From assembly GCA_000004985.1 (NCBI GenBank), contig GG738855.1: DNA of 64,000 bases. One strand, given 5' to 3'. The notes under the pieces are model-generated. The model was not told the DNA's origin. It saw only the letters and a program-made list of their open reading frames with translations, and made no database searches. A program made the position numbers and the translations under genes. How positions within the stretch are numbered: position 1 is the first letter of the stretch; each line of letters begins with the position of its first letter. The stretch comes from Naegleria gruberi (Eukaryota). Positions 9,641-21,392 of this stretch are shown piece after piece.

Positions 9641-12600
9641 ATGATGATGATGATGACTACGATGGGAGATAACAACAAACATTCACCGACATTCAAGTTG
9701 GTTGTGCTGATGATTCTTGCTGCAACAGTATTGTTATCATGTGCAGTAGTAGAGGCTTCAAGTAGTAATGGCATTCCTTTCCTTTCCATGATTCATGAGG
9801 AGAATAGAGTGAGCGAAGCAGAAAAAGATAACGGAGGTATTTTCGAATTGACCTTTGCTAATAATCTTTTTAATAATAAGAATCGTTTAAATACTTTAAT
9901 GTTGAGAAGAGAATTGACAAATAGTAGAGAATCAGTTGAACCATATACTCAATTTATTATCAAGTTGAAGGATAATGTTACATCAAGAAAGAGAATGAAT
10001 AGCCAAGTTCAACAATTGATTTCGGGTGCTGTTCCTTTGGGTTCCTCTCAGATCATGTCAGTTGTTGCACGTACATCAGAAATTATTGATCATGTAGGTG
10101 AACAAGATCATCATACCATTGAATGGATTGGAGAATATGAAACTAGATTCAAGTCAAGTCTTCATTTTGCTAAAATGCAAGAACTCGCTAGAAAGGAAGA
10201 AAATCCAGTTAACTCTGATTTGATGGACTTTGTCATTTCAACAATTCCATCCATTGATGCTGTTTCTAAAGGAAGTGAATTGAATGAATTGGAACAAGTT
10301 GCAAAGAAATTGAACAGTCAAATAGGATCACTTTTTGATGTCACTCAATTCTCTCCAATTCAAGTCGTAGATAGAGAAAAGATGCAAATTTCCTTCTCTC
10401 CTCTTATTGCTAAACAAATTTCTGATATTATTTTGGAAAATCCACATGTTCACTTTGTAGATAGAAAGCCAATTTATTCTTTATTTAACAAGGAAGGATC
10501 AATTTCTATGCAATCAGTTTCTCCAACTCAACCACAATCAACTCCATTCTATGATATGGGTATTTATGGAAATGATCAAGTTGTTGCAGTTTCTGATACT
10601 GGTATCGATTGGGATCACTGTTTTTATTCTGATGCAAACATTACTAAAATTGCTACCAACACTGTTTATGCTAATCATAGAAAGATTGTAGAATATAGAA
10701 CTGTTACAGTTTCTAATGGCAATTCTGGTCTTGTTACTTCTGATGGACAAGATGGAATTGACGGCCATGGTACACACGTAAGTTATTTCATTGTTTGATG
10801 ATTTTTTAATTTCAAAATTTACAGGTTGTTGGAAGCGTTGCTGGTTCTATTCAATCACCAATTACAGCTGATCAACAAGCTATTAACAATTATCATGGTA
10901 TGGCTCCAAATGCCAGAATTCACTTTACTGATATTCAAAAAACAGGCAGTAGTGCACTCTTGATTCCAGCTTCGTTGACCAGTATTTTTGAGCCAGCTTA
11001 CAAATTGAATGCTAGAATTTTCTCTAATTCCTGGGGTGCTGCACCAAATAATCTCATTGCTTGTGATTATGACTGTGTAAATTGTAGATGGGCTGTTTCT
11101 GTATCTGTCTATCGTAAAGGTCAACCAGTTTATGATTCTGATTGCAAATACTTGTTCGGCAGTCAAACTTGTTGTTCAATTGTTAATAAGTATGATTCTC
11201 AATGTAGAGATATCGACACCTTTTTGTGGAATAATCAAGATGCTATCATTCTCTTTGCTCAAGGTAACTCTGGTAGAATTTCTTCAAAGGAAAATATTGG
11301 AAGTCCAGCAACTTCAAAGAATGGTGTTTCTATTGGTGCTTCCAAAACTTCAAACAGTGCCTTTATTGATTCAGTTCAATATGAAGATATGATGCACAGA
11401 ATCAAAGAAGCAGGTCTTTCCTTCACTTCCCCAGAACAATGTTGCTCTTACACTGGTAGTAATGCTGATGCCATTCGTGCTTTCTGTTGTTCAGCCACTA
11501 TGAAGGATAAATATTCCAGTAATCCAAGTTATTTCAATGCTGACAATTTAGCTTCTTTCAGTAGTAGAGGTCCAGCTATTGGTGATAGAATCAAACCAGA
11601 CGTTAGTGGTATTGGTGATAATGTTGTATCAGGTCACAGTGATGGTGATACTACCACTTATCAATGCTCAAATATTTCACCAAATTTGTATAACAGAGCT
11701 GCTTTAATGGTAAGTTTTAATTATATAGTTCATAGTGAATTAATATTTGAATTTTTAATAGACAAATCAAGGTACTAGGTAAGTCATTCATTGAATGATT
11801 ATTTTTAATCGACCTCTTAATTTTCACAATTTTTATAATTTTTGTAAATCTTATTAAATAGTATGGCAACACCATTGACAGGTAAGTAATAATTATTATT
11901 ACTTTTTATTAATATATTGAAAAATACACAGCTGGTGGTCTTGCATTGTTGAGAGAATATTTACAAAAGAAGATGGGTATTTCTAACCCATCTGGTCCGC
12001 TTTTGAAGGCTGCTCTTGTTCACAGCTCAATTCCACTCTCTGGAAGTGTTGCTAAAAGCACTGATGAATCTAGTAGAATTTTGATTTCATCAATGGGTAA
12101 CCCTAATTCCTATGAAGGTCATGGTAGAGTTTATCTTGGAAGTTTATTAAAGAGTGGCAACAATTCAACTGTCAACTTGACACTTATTGAGAAGACTTTC
12201 ACATCATCAAATGAAAAACATAGCCGGTGTTTAAAGATGAAGAGCGGTATTTCCTCATCATCATTTGCCAGTACTGTTGCTTGGTACGATTATCCTAGCT
12301 CAGTATCTGTCGTTCCTTCACTTGTTCAAGATATGGATTTGATTGTTAATATTTATGAAAAGAATGGTGACAAGATTCAATCATTGAAGGTTATTCCTGG
12401 TAATATGCAAGACGCATACGATACCAAAAATAATGTTGAAAAGGTTCTTATCAACTCTATTACAAACGCTGGAACCAATCCTCTTTATGTTACTGTTTCA
12501 GTTAAATTCAAAACATTGACACTCTCAAATCAACCATATGCTTTAGTGTTCAGTTATCCAAGTGGTGATTTTGAATCAGTAGATGCCTCTTCATGTTATT

Positions 12601-12809
12601 ATAGTGAAGAATTGCCATCATCTTACATTGGTATTATTATTGGTGTATCTCTTGGTGTCATTGTATTATTATTGATTGTTTCTGTAATTGTTGGATCAAT
12701 TCTTTTCAAACTTTGTACTAGACGTAAACAACACCAACAACACACTGATTTGGATGCTGGAGCTGGCAACTACTATTATTATGGTAATAATGCTGGAACA
12801 GGTTATTAA
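9641..12809 (+). CDS. Subtilisin-like serine protease (peptidase S8), type-I membrane anchored. Model: join(9641..10777,10825..11709,11762..11778,11862..11881,11932..12809).
   Basis: Signal/TM-like N-terminus (FKLVVLMILAATVLLSCAVV). Catalytic Asp (VAVSDTGIDWDH) and His (DGHGTHV|VGSVAGS across a 47-nt intron) are present. Catalytic Ser (TNQGTSMATPLTAGG) is encoded across two micro-exons of 17 and 20 nt. The mature domain has Cys-rich insertions. The C-terminal TM helix is IGIIIGVSLGVIVLLLIVSVIVGSILF, followed by a QQ/YYYY tail. Confidence 0.8.
11762..11778 (+). other. 17-nt micro-exon of the subtilase gene (TNQGT-)
   Basis: ag|ACAAATCAAGGTACTAG|gtaagt. Together with the next 20-nt exon it restores the canonical subtilase Ser motif GTSMAxP in frame. 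Confidence 0.6.
11862..11881 (+). other. 20-nt micro-exon of the subtilase gene (-SMATPLT-), carrying the catalytic serine
   Basis: aaatag|TATGGCAACACCATTGACAG|gtaagt. The phase links exon 3 (…AG) to exon 5 (CT GGT GGT...). Confidence 0.6.
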
Positions 12810-12866
12810 TTTATTGAAATAAATTTATTTATTGTTACAAGTAAAAAACACAAGCAGAAATATCAT

Positions 12867-14150
12867 TTAATCAAATATCTCTTTAATAACCTGGTGGACG
12901 TTTAACTCATCTAGAGTGGCAGGTTTGAATTTTGGTTTTTGATCTTTGTCAACTAAAACAGCTCTAACACCTTCCACAAAATCATGTTGCCCAACCAATT
13001 TGGTACACAGTAACTTATCCAAATCAAGAACTTGTTTCAAAGAGCTTGCCTTTCTTCCTCTCTCAAGTGCCTCGAAGGTAACTACAAGAGAAGTAGGGCT
13101 AGCTCTCTTTGAGAATAATTCCAATATAGAATCAATAAATTCATTATCTGATTGACTTCTACATGGATGATGTTCCTTATACCATTTGAGATTTGAAATT
13201 ATTTCCTTAACAGATTGAGCCTCTCCAAAACAGTAATCAATAACACGTCTAAAACGATCAACCTGACCCAATGTTGAATTGAGTACTGTATTGCCTTTCT
13301 TTTCATAAATTTGAATGAATTTTTCCAATTGTTTTTCCAAGTTAGATTCATTTTCTGTTGGAATAAACTTTTCAAATAAATCTCTTCTCAATTCATAGAA
13401 AACTTCCTCATTATCAATAACATTAGTTACCAATTTTGAGAAGAGTGAATCTGTAGCACCCAATTTTGCACCGGTCAATCCAATATATCTAGCAATTCCA
13501 ATTGATGAACAAGCTCTAGTAAGGAAGAAGGAGGCTCCAATATCAGGATAAATTCCAATAAACACTTCAGGCATTGCAAATTGGAATCTCTTCCTATTGG
13601 CCACTCTCAAATTTGTATAAATTGAAATTCCAACACCACCACCCATTGTAATACCATTCAACATGGAAACAATTGGTTTTACTTTACAAAATTCATGAAT
13701 ATAATAATTCAATGAAAACTCCTCGGTGAAGAATTGTTGGGCATATTCAAATCCCCTTCTCAAATCCTTGATATCACCCCCAGCACAGAAAGCCTTATCA
13801 CTAGCACTCTGCAATATCACAAAGTGTACTTTTGTATCGGAGAGAGCTTGCTCTAGAATCCTTCTCAAGGATCGGATCATGGAGAGTGAGAGTGCATTGA
13901 AACTCTTTGGTCTATTCAATGTAATGCACAGACAATGATTGTCTGGATTGTATTGGGAGAGTACATGATCATTGTCATCTTTTGAAGTTTGATTCATTAC
14001 CAATATTACATCATCATTGCAACAAATAGGCCTAGATGAATTTAGCATCATGTGAGCATGGTTAATGTTATTATTATTATTTGAAGGGAAGAGATGACCA
14101 AGAATCCTCTGGGTGCGAAGTGTTGATAATGATTGTTGTGTTGAGGACAT
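12867..14150 (-). CDS. HIBCH: 3-hydroxyisobutyryl-CoA hydrolase (enoyl-CoA hydratase/isomerase superfamily), probably mitochondrial
   Basis: Single 427-aa exon with a verified ATG at 14148-14150. Crotonase-fold motifs are present (AFCAGGDIKDL; FAMPEVFIGIYPDIGASFFLTR) and the HIBCH-type C-terminal region (LDKLLCTKL...). The N-terminus has a poly-N stretch. Confidence 0.8.
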   Translation of the reverse strand: MSSTQQSLSTLRTQRILGHLFPSNNNNNINHAHMMLNSSRPICCNDDVILVMNQTSKDDNDHVLSQYNPDNHCLCITLNRPKSFNALSLSMIRSLRRILEQALSDTKVHFVILQSASDKAFCAGGDIKDLRRGFEYAQQFFTEEFSLNYYIHEFCKVKPIVSMLNGITMGGGVGISIYTNLRVANRKRFQFAMPEVFIGIYPDIGASFFLTRACSSIGIARYIGLTGAKLGATDSLFSKLVTNVIDNEEVFYELRRDLFEKFIPTENESNLEKQLEKFIQIYEKKGNTVLNSTLGQVDRFRRVIDYCFGEAQSVKEIISNLKWYKEHHPCRSQSDNEFIDSILELFSKRASPTSLVVTFEALERGRKASSLKQVLDLDKLLCTKLVGQHDFVEGVRAVLVDKDQKPKFKPATLDELNVHQVIKEIFD

Positions 14151-14326
14151 TTTTTCGGACTTGGGGAAAATTGATAAGTCAACCGAGGAAAATTCAAAAT
14201 AATTAATTTATTAATTTAAATAATGCAAATTAATAAGTCATGTATGTATTTATAAAGTGCATTTTCGAAATGTTATTGTTAATTCATAGTTGGTTTTCAA
14301 AATAATTATTAAAAGAATTAAAAAAA

Positions 14327-16198
14327 ATGTGTGGTATTGGGGCAAGATTTTCTCTCGGAGCATCTTTATCCAAGTGGAATTTGTTGGATTTGCACTTTTT
14401 ATTACAATATGGAATGGTTGTGAATAGTAATAATCAACAACAGGTTGTTGAACAAGAAGTTAGAAACGAAAATAGTGTTGTTGTTGATGACGACTCAGAA
14501 GAAAATGATGGAAGAAACGAAACATTTGAACAGAAATTAGAAAAAATCAAGGCTATTACTGTACAAAGTACTCAATCGGAAGAGGTGGATATTATTTCTG
14601 GTATTAAAAGTGTTATTTCTCCAAGAGGTCCAGATGAAACTCGTCACGAAATTATTAATTTTGGAGATTCTACAGTGACACTTATTGCTAGTATTTTGGC
14701 TCTCAGAGGTGATAAGCCATACCCACAACCTATTACCATGACTGATTTGTCTGGTGACGAACACACAATAATATGGAATGGAGAAATATTTGGAAATGAA
14801 TATTTCAGAGAATGTGTTATTGAGCATGGAAATGATACAGTTTGTCTATTGGAACATTTGGTAAAATGTGGAAATGAGGATGAAGTTTTGAATACTTTGG
14901 CTAATATTGAAGGACCTTTTAGTTTTGTCTATGTCAATAAGAGGGAAAAATATGTGTTGTTTGGAAGAGATATTTTGGGAAGAAGAAGTTTGTTATATTC
15001 TGTAAACGGTCAAGATTTGATTATTTCTAGTGTAGCTTGTCACGTTCCAGAATTTTCTCAATGGAGGTCAATTGGTGTGAATGGAGTTTTCAAATTATCC
15101 CTTAGCGATGAAACTGGTTCACAATTGCTTTCCATGATTTCTTGGGAAGAAATTTACAAGAGAACTGGTAAACATCCGTTAATATCCGATAGAGAAATGA
15201 TAGAACCAAAGACTGAAGATGATTTGCGAGTGAATGATACAGTATTTGAGAGTGTTGTCGATGAGTTCATTTCATATCTTTCAAATTCTGTTGAAAAGAG
15301 AGTGACCAATGTCTATTCCAATAATGATGAAAATACCAAAATTAGTGTTTTATTCTCGGGGGGAATTGATTCAGTAATTATAACAGCATTGGCTCATTTG
15401 AAGCTTGAAAAAGGAATGCCTATTGATTTATTGAACGTCTCATTTGGAGTTGATAAAAAGCAACAGGATCAATCAGCTGACAGAAAGCAAGCCATAGAAT
15501 CCTACGACGAGTTGGCAAGACTTTACCCTGATAGACCTTTCAGATTGGTTCTTGTTGATATTAACTCAACTGAATTAGCAGAAAATCAAAAGAGAATTGA
15601 ATCACTCATTTATCCACAAAATACTGTCATTGACTTTAATATTGGATCAGCATTATGGTTTGCCTCAAGAGGAAGAGGATACATTTACAATTCTTCAGAG
15701 CCAACCAACACATCAAATTTGTACACTTCAACAGGCAGAGTCATTTTGTGTGGTATTGGCAGTGATGAACAACTTGGAGGTTACAAGAGACATTTTAAAA
15801 AATACAAGTACAAGGGTTGGAATGGTCTTAACGAAGAAATGGATATGGACATTAAGCGGTTATGGATTAGAAACTTGGGAAGAGATGACAGAGTAATATC
15901 AGATCATGGAAGAGAATCTAGAAATCCATTTTTAGATGAGCCATTCATTAATTTTGTTAGAAAACAACCATTATGGTATTTGGCTGATTTTACCAATAAC
16001 CAACCAAATGATAAGCCAACCCAACAACAATCAACCACATTACCAGGTGATAAGAAAATACTGAGGAGAGCAGCTCAAAAACTTGGTCTTTCTAGGTCAT
16101 GTATGTATGTTAAAAGGGCAATGCAATTCGGTTCCAATGTGGCTAAAATATCCTACAAGAAACAACATGCAAGCACTATACTTCAGATTGAGTATTAA
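14327..16198 (+). CDS. Asparagine-synthetase-domain protein with an N-terminal class-II glutamine amidotransferase domain (ASNSD1-like)
   Basis: MCGIGARF... starts with the Cys2 nucleophile typical of Ntn/class-II GATases. An asn-synthase PP-loop-like segment follows (SVLFSGGIDSVIITALAH). Single 623-aa exon. Confidence 0.7.
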   Translation: MCGIGARFSLGASLSKWNLLDLHFLLQYGMVVNSNNQQQVVEQEVRNENSVVVDDDSEENDGRNETFEQKLEKIKAITVQSTQSEEVDIISGIKSVISPRGPDETRHEIINFGDSTVTLIASILALRGDKPYPQPITMTDLSGDEHTIIWNGEIFGNEYFRECVIEHGNDTVCLLEHLVKCGNEDEVLNTLANIEGPFSFVYVNKREKYVLFGRDILGRRSLLYSVNGQDLIISSVACHVPEFSQWRSIGVNGVFKLSLSDETGSQLLSMISWEEIYKRTGKHPLISDREMIEPKTEDDLRVNDTVFESVVDEFISYLSNSVEKRVTNVYSNNDENTKISVLFSGGIDSVIITALAHLKLEKGMPIDLLNVSFGVDKKQQDQSADRKQAIESYDELARLYPDRPFRLVLVDINSTELAENQKRIESLIYPQNTVIDFNIGSALWFASRGRGYIYNSSEPTNTSNLYTSTGRVILCGIGSDEQLGGYKRHFKKYKYKGWNGLNEEMDMDIKRLWIRNLGRDDRVISDHGRESRNPFLDEPFINFVRKQPLWYLADFTNNQPNDKPTQQQSTTLPGDKKILRRAAQKLGLSRSCMYVKRAMQFGSNVAKISYKKQHASTILQIEY

Positions 16199-16253
16199 AG
16201 GCTGTTTAATTCCCTTTCAAAAAACGACCGTTATTTTTCAAAGCAAGAAAAAA

Positions 16254-19200
16254 ATGTCTACCGATAGAGGTAAGGGATCAATTTTCATAATTACCTTAAT
16301 TACTTGTTAAAATTCAAATTGATATAGCTCCGAATACATTCACTGTTGGTAAGACACCATGGGTAAGGTTTACCAATAAGGAGAATGTATACTTTTATGC
16401 TAAACCTTTCAAAACTGATAGAGAGTAAGTAAGGCAAAACAAGAATAGGGTTGATGATCATAATATAATAATATTATAGTAAAATTTGGCAAGAAAAAGA
16501 AGATCCAAAAACAGGAAAGGTATTCTATTATCATTGGGCTTCCAAGACATCCTTAAATTCCTACACAGAATTTCCTGACTATGTAACATTAGCTGAGAGT
16601 GGAGCTACAACACCAACTACTCCAACAACACCAACGACACCAACTACAACAACAAATACTTCTTCACCAACAACAACAGCCTCAACAACTCCTGCTCAAT
16701 CAACACCAACATCCGCATCAGCAGCAACAACGTCCACCCCATCATCAGAAAACACATCTCAACAAGAAGATAAAAAGGTTGAAAATACAACAATCGAAAA
16801 AGTCGAGGAAAAACCAAAGGAAACAATAGCGGAACAAAAGATAGAATCAATACCTAAGGATACTGAAACTAAGGTCGAGAGCAAAACCGAAACGACACCA
16901 AGTGAGGAGGAACCTAAGAAAGAGTCACCTAAGAAACAGGAACCAAAAGAAATCAATTACCTCCCCTCCAAAACAAGAAAGACAAGAAGAACCTGTAGAA
17001 AAGCCTTTGCTAAAAAAAGAACCAGTTGTTGAGCAATCTAAACCTGTTGAGACACAACCTGTTATTGAGCAATCGAAACCAGTACCTGTAACAACAGCAC
17101 CACCAAAGGAGGAACCAGTAGAGCCAAAAGAATCCAAACAAAAGAAAGTAGTTCTGGAAGAAGATCCAAAACAAAAAAAGAAGCAAACTCAAAATGAAAA
17201 TCAAAAGCCAAAAGCAATGACGATGGTCCAAGGAAGTAGTGGAAGTGCTGGTGCAGAGGATTTTAAAGATTTTGGCCCAAATCAACCAAAACCAAGATTA
17301 TCATTTATTGGAAAACGTCAAAGTCAAGTGAAGGTTTCATTTACTAAGAAGGATTTAGCAAGAACCGACTTTGATGATTCAATCGAAGATGGTATGTTTT
17401 CAAAGTTTCTTTTTTATTAATTTTCAAAGAATTATTCAATTTACCTGGAAGAGGAGAGGTTAAGGTTCATACAGCTTTTAAGGGAACATATTTTTCAACT
17501 GTAAGTTGTTTTTACAAAAAATTAATTTATACTTTAATAGCCTAAAACCAAAAAAGATAGAATTGTAATTTTAGCAAGAGATTTTGTTGGTGCATTTTGT
17601 CTCTTTATGGCAGGCCAAGAAGGAAAGAGGTTTGTTTTTAAGATTTTAGTTTATCTCACAAATTCAGCAATAAGAAGAACGTAATTTTAGCTGCTTATCC
17701 ACTACTTGATTATTCAGATATAAATGAAGATAAGGACAAAATTACATTAAATATTGATGGGAATGAGTTTGTTTTACAAGCTAGTGCAGTAAGTAAGGAA
17801 AGATTAAAGCTAGGCCTGGAAGTTGCTTATGGTGAACTAGATGCAAAAACAGACATGGAGTTACATAGTAAGTTTTTACTAATTTACAATTAGTTTACAC
17901 CTTCATAGATTACAGACTTGGTTCTATCGAGTTTGCAAACTCCTACTATCAACAATATGTTGATGTTCCTGCCTCTTCAATTATCAAATCTATTATGGAG
18001 TCAGATCCTAACGAGATTTTAGATGAAAGTATCCAAGAAAGTTCTGATACTTTCGTTTCTAGCAAATATGATCAAAGTCTTAGATTACTCCAGACAGCTG
18101 TTAAGAATAGCAATGACAGAGATAGTGCCATCCAAGAAGCTTGTTTGTACATGGAGAGAATTATAAAAAAGATTGACAAGGGTGTATTTGAAAAATTCTC
18201 AAGAATATTGGATATTATATTCAAAAACCCAACAACTACTGAACGGCCTGAGCTCAGAAATAACTTTTTAAAGACAATGAACGACATCAGAAATAGCAAG
18301 AAAATTGCTGATAACATTATTGATGAATTGATAAAGACTGGTAACGAAAGCTTTAAGGCTATTCAGTTATGGAGGTCAAGAGCCAAATTGAAAGAAGTTC
18401 CTTTTGGGGAGGAATACCAACCAGCCACACAAAAATCAAAAGGAAAGAAGGAACTTCAACAAGAAAAGCTTATGAGAGAGTCAATAATTCAAAAAAAGTT
18501 GCCTTCTGGTGTTTTTCTTGGTGTACTATTCTTTTCCAAGACTGGAGAAGTTCTCTCTGATAGAAATGACAATTTACCAAGTGTTAAGTTAGATCGGTTA
18601 ATGTATCATAATGAAAATTCCAAGAGCTTAGACCATCAAGATTGGCAGTGGTTGCTGAAACATGGACAACAATCCTTTACTCAAACAATTTTAGATTTAG
18701 TCCCTTCGCTATCTAACCCTCAAATTATTTTAGATGTATTTAAAACTGATTTTATTAGGTCTTTTAACGATTTATATAGAGCTGTAAATCAGTCAACCAA
18801 GCCAAATGTAGATCTGGGTGTATTGTTGGATAAGTGTGTAACAATGAAGGGCCAAAATATTTTATATTATCTGATGGTTAAACAAGTAGATAAGAAGGAG
18901 TTTGAAATTCCTAATGGGTACAAATGGGATCCAACTATTGATTTTGAGTATAAGCAATATCAAAAATATGAAAACCTAGACGAATCATTTGTGATTGAAA
19001 AATTAGAAAGCCATTACTCGGGATCTAGATGGGTCTATAATGCCATGGATTACTACAAGTCAGTTACTTCGAAAACCTACTCTGACGGCTTGTGGCTGGG
19101 ATACTTCAATTTCAAGTTGACTGAAAGAGGTTCTTACCAGCTCTTAGTGGAAGATAAAGCTAGATTCATGATTCCTTCCATTAAGATTTCAGACAAATTT

Positions 19201-21243
19201 GATATTAGAAAATTGAGGGATTTACTTGCTAATAATTTCTCCTCCTTGTCTTCAGTTACAAATATTAATGAAGAAACACCAGACTACTTGTGTGAAACTT
19301 TAGAGAAACAAGTATTCCGAGCCAAACTCCAGTTACAACAAAAGATTTGTAAACCAGATTTGGGCTATCTTTACACGAATGAAATTTTAGATGTCGGTGA
19401 AAGAATCAAACTTATCCTCTTTATTGATAATGATACTACTTCACAGATTGGAAATGAGTACAATAGGGTTCTTTGGAGAGATGAGATATCATTTGAGGCT
19501 ATTCACTTATCATTGTTTTATCCTGTCCTTCATGAGCACTACATGGGAAACATTCGAAAGCAATTACTATTTGATAATTCTGTTTTCAATGATAGCTCTA
19601 CATCAAGTGATGAATATTTGAAAAATAAGGAGGTCAATAATATAGGAAGACTGAAAGAACTGATTAGAGCAGAAGAAGCTTTCTACATTATTAGGTGGCC
19701 ACACCGAGTTATTTCAACATACTTATCTATCAAGCAGAACAACAATGCAATCTTACACTTGATAAATAATGGTAAAGAACTTGCCAAGATTGTTTTTGAT
19801 CAAACTATTGGTAAGAAGAAAACCTTTAGAGATTATAGGTTGGAGCTTTTCAAGGCGCAAGATAGTCAAGAAATTGCAGCTAGGAAACAAAAAGAAATCG
19901 AGTCCAAATCAAAAGTTGGCATTCAGGAACAAGATTTAGAAAAGTCGACGTGTGCCGTTTACAACGTTGATGCAAACATTGAGGATATCCGTGATATTGA
20001 ATTGATAATGATCGGACCGACCAGGGAAGAAGTTTTGACTAATTTGATTGAAGAAGAAGTTGAATTAAATATTGTAGATCACTTGGATAGACTTGAACTT
20101 GAAGCAATCAAGAGTACCTTAGATGATGTTATATCTATTATTGAGGTTACCACTGACATGGTTGATAAAACTATTTTTGAACAAAAGAAGGCTGAATCAA
20201 AAAATCATCTCAAAGCAGAAAGGGTTGATTATATCCAATCAGTATTCAGTGGTATAAAATTTGAAGTAGAAAAGACAGAAGAAGACAAGATTGAAATTGA
20301 AGGATATGACTCATTATACAGACAATCCATTCAACTCTTTGATGCTTCTATGGATAGTTCACTTCTTTTACTTCAAACCATAGAAAAGACTCAATCAATG
20401 ATTGACCTGGTCGAGGTGATGTTTACACATGATGACAATCTTGAAAAGCAAGACAAAGTGGTCCGATCTATTCAGAGGATTAAGGATAGGCAAGCTGAAA
20501 TTATGGCAGCCCAACCTTCATTCCCTGTACTTCCAACACCGACTCACAACCACAGTGCAAATAATGCCATTCAACAATCAGCTTCTCAAATTTTGAATCA
20601 ACCAATTCATCCAACTGTTCTCCAAGCTAAAGCAAATATCAATCTAGATGAAGAAAAACTAAGACAAATGCTGGAAGAGGAGGAACGAAAGAAGACTGAA
20701 GAATACGATAGAAAGATGAGAAAATATGTACAAAAGGCAACAGGTTTTTCTTCTTTTTCTCTTCCATATGGTACTCCTCAACAATTTGTTAAGAAGAGAC
20801 CACAGAGTAATAAGCCTTCATCAACAAATGCAAATACTTCGACAAACTCTTCTATGCTGTCTAATAAGAGTATTACTGCTAATTCTCCATCAACCTCAAT
20901 GCTTAGCTCCCTACAAAATACACCAAGTACTCCACAAGAAAAGAGTAAGAAACCAACCAGTAGTTTGGCTCAGTCAATCCTCTCCAAACCAAAAACCTCA
21001 TCAACCAAACCAAACTCTTCCAAACCAGAGTTACCATCCCTTGATGGAAAACCTCACTCTTCAGCATATATTTCATTTGATACCTACAGAGACATGATGG
21101 GTCTGAGTTCATACAACAAGTTTTTGAATCAGAATAATGTTCTCTCCAACTTGGATTCTTGTCTGAAGAATTATAATGATGCCAAGAAGGCCAGTGACCA
21201 AGCTATTTTATCCTTACTTCCATCAACAAGTAAAAAAAAGTAA
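16254..21243 (+). CDS. Large composite gene (~1550 aa) with an N-terminal WW-like region, a PT/E/K-rich linker, a PH/GRAM-like region split over small exons, and a ~1100-aa unknown C-terminal region. Model: join(16254..16269,16328..16424,16480..~16960[frame break],..17391,17430..17500,17541..17629,17668..17867,17909..21243).
   Basis: Exon 1 is MSTDR|. Introns of 58 and 55 nt lead to ...KIWQEKEDPKTGKVFYYHW... (WW-like) and a TTPTTP/EPKKE repeat linker. The frame switches by +1 inside a CCCC run near 16950-16965 (see findings). Frame B continues to SIEDG|, and introns of 38-41 nt then join ELFNLPGRGEVKVHTAFKGTYFST|PKTKKDRIVILARDFVGAFCLFMAGQEGKR|SNKKNVILAAYPLLDYSDINEDKDKITLNIDGNEFVLQASAVSKERLKLGLEVAYG...H|NYRLGSIEF... 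This runs straight into the ORF at 17995..21243. All junctions are phase-consistent with canonical GT...AG. Confidence 0.5.
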
Positions 21244-21392
21244 ATATACGACATTAAGTGTTAAAACTTTAATATTGAAACAGACTTGTTGGTTCTCTTG
21301 TATTAATATATAATAATGACAGAATTTGTCTTCCTGATGATATTTTCACAGTCAAATTTTTGTTGAACAAAAATAAATTGAATTTTAAAAAA

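Noticed and set aside
14151-14326. Possible small gene or ncRNA in the HIBCH/ASNSD1 divergent spacer
   Set aside because: 176 bp of >85% A/T with homopolymer runs and no ORF. It is consistent with a plain bidirectional promoter.
16599-17285. Poly-Q/His ORF 16599..16829 (QQHQRHQLQQQ...) and minus-strand ORFs 16644..17285 overlapping the PT/EPK linker
   Set aside because: These are alternative-frame readings of the ACA/CCA-rich repeat (TTPTTP in the real frame). The true frame is fixed by splicing from the WW-like exons.
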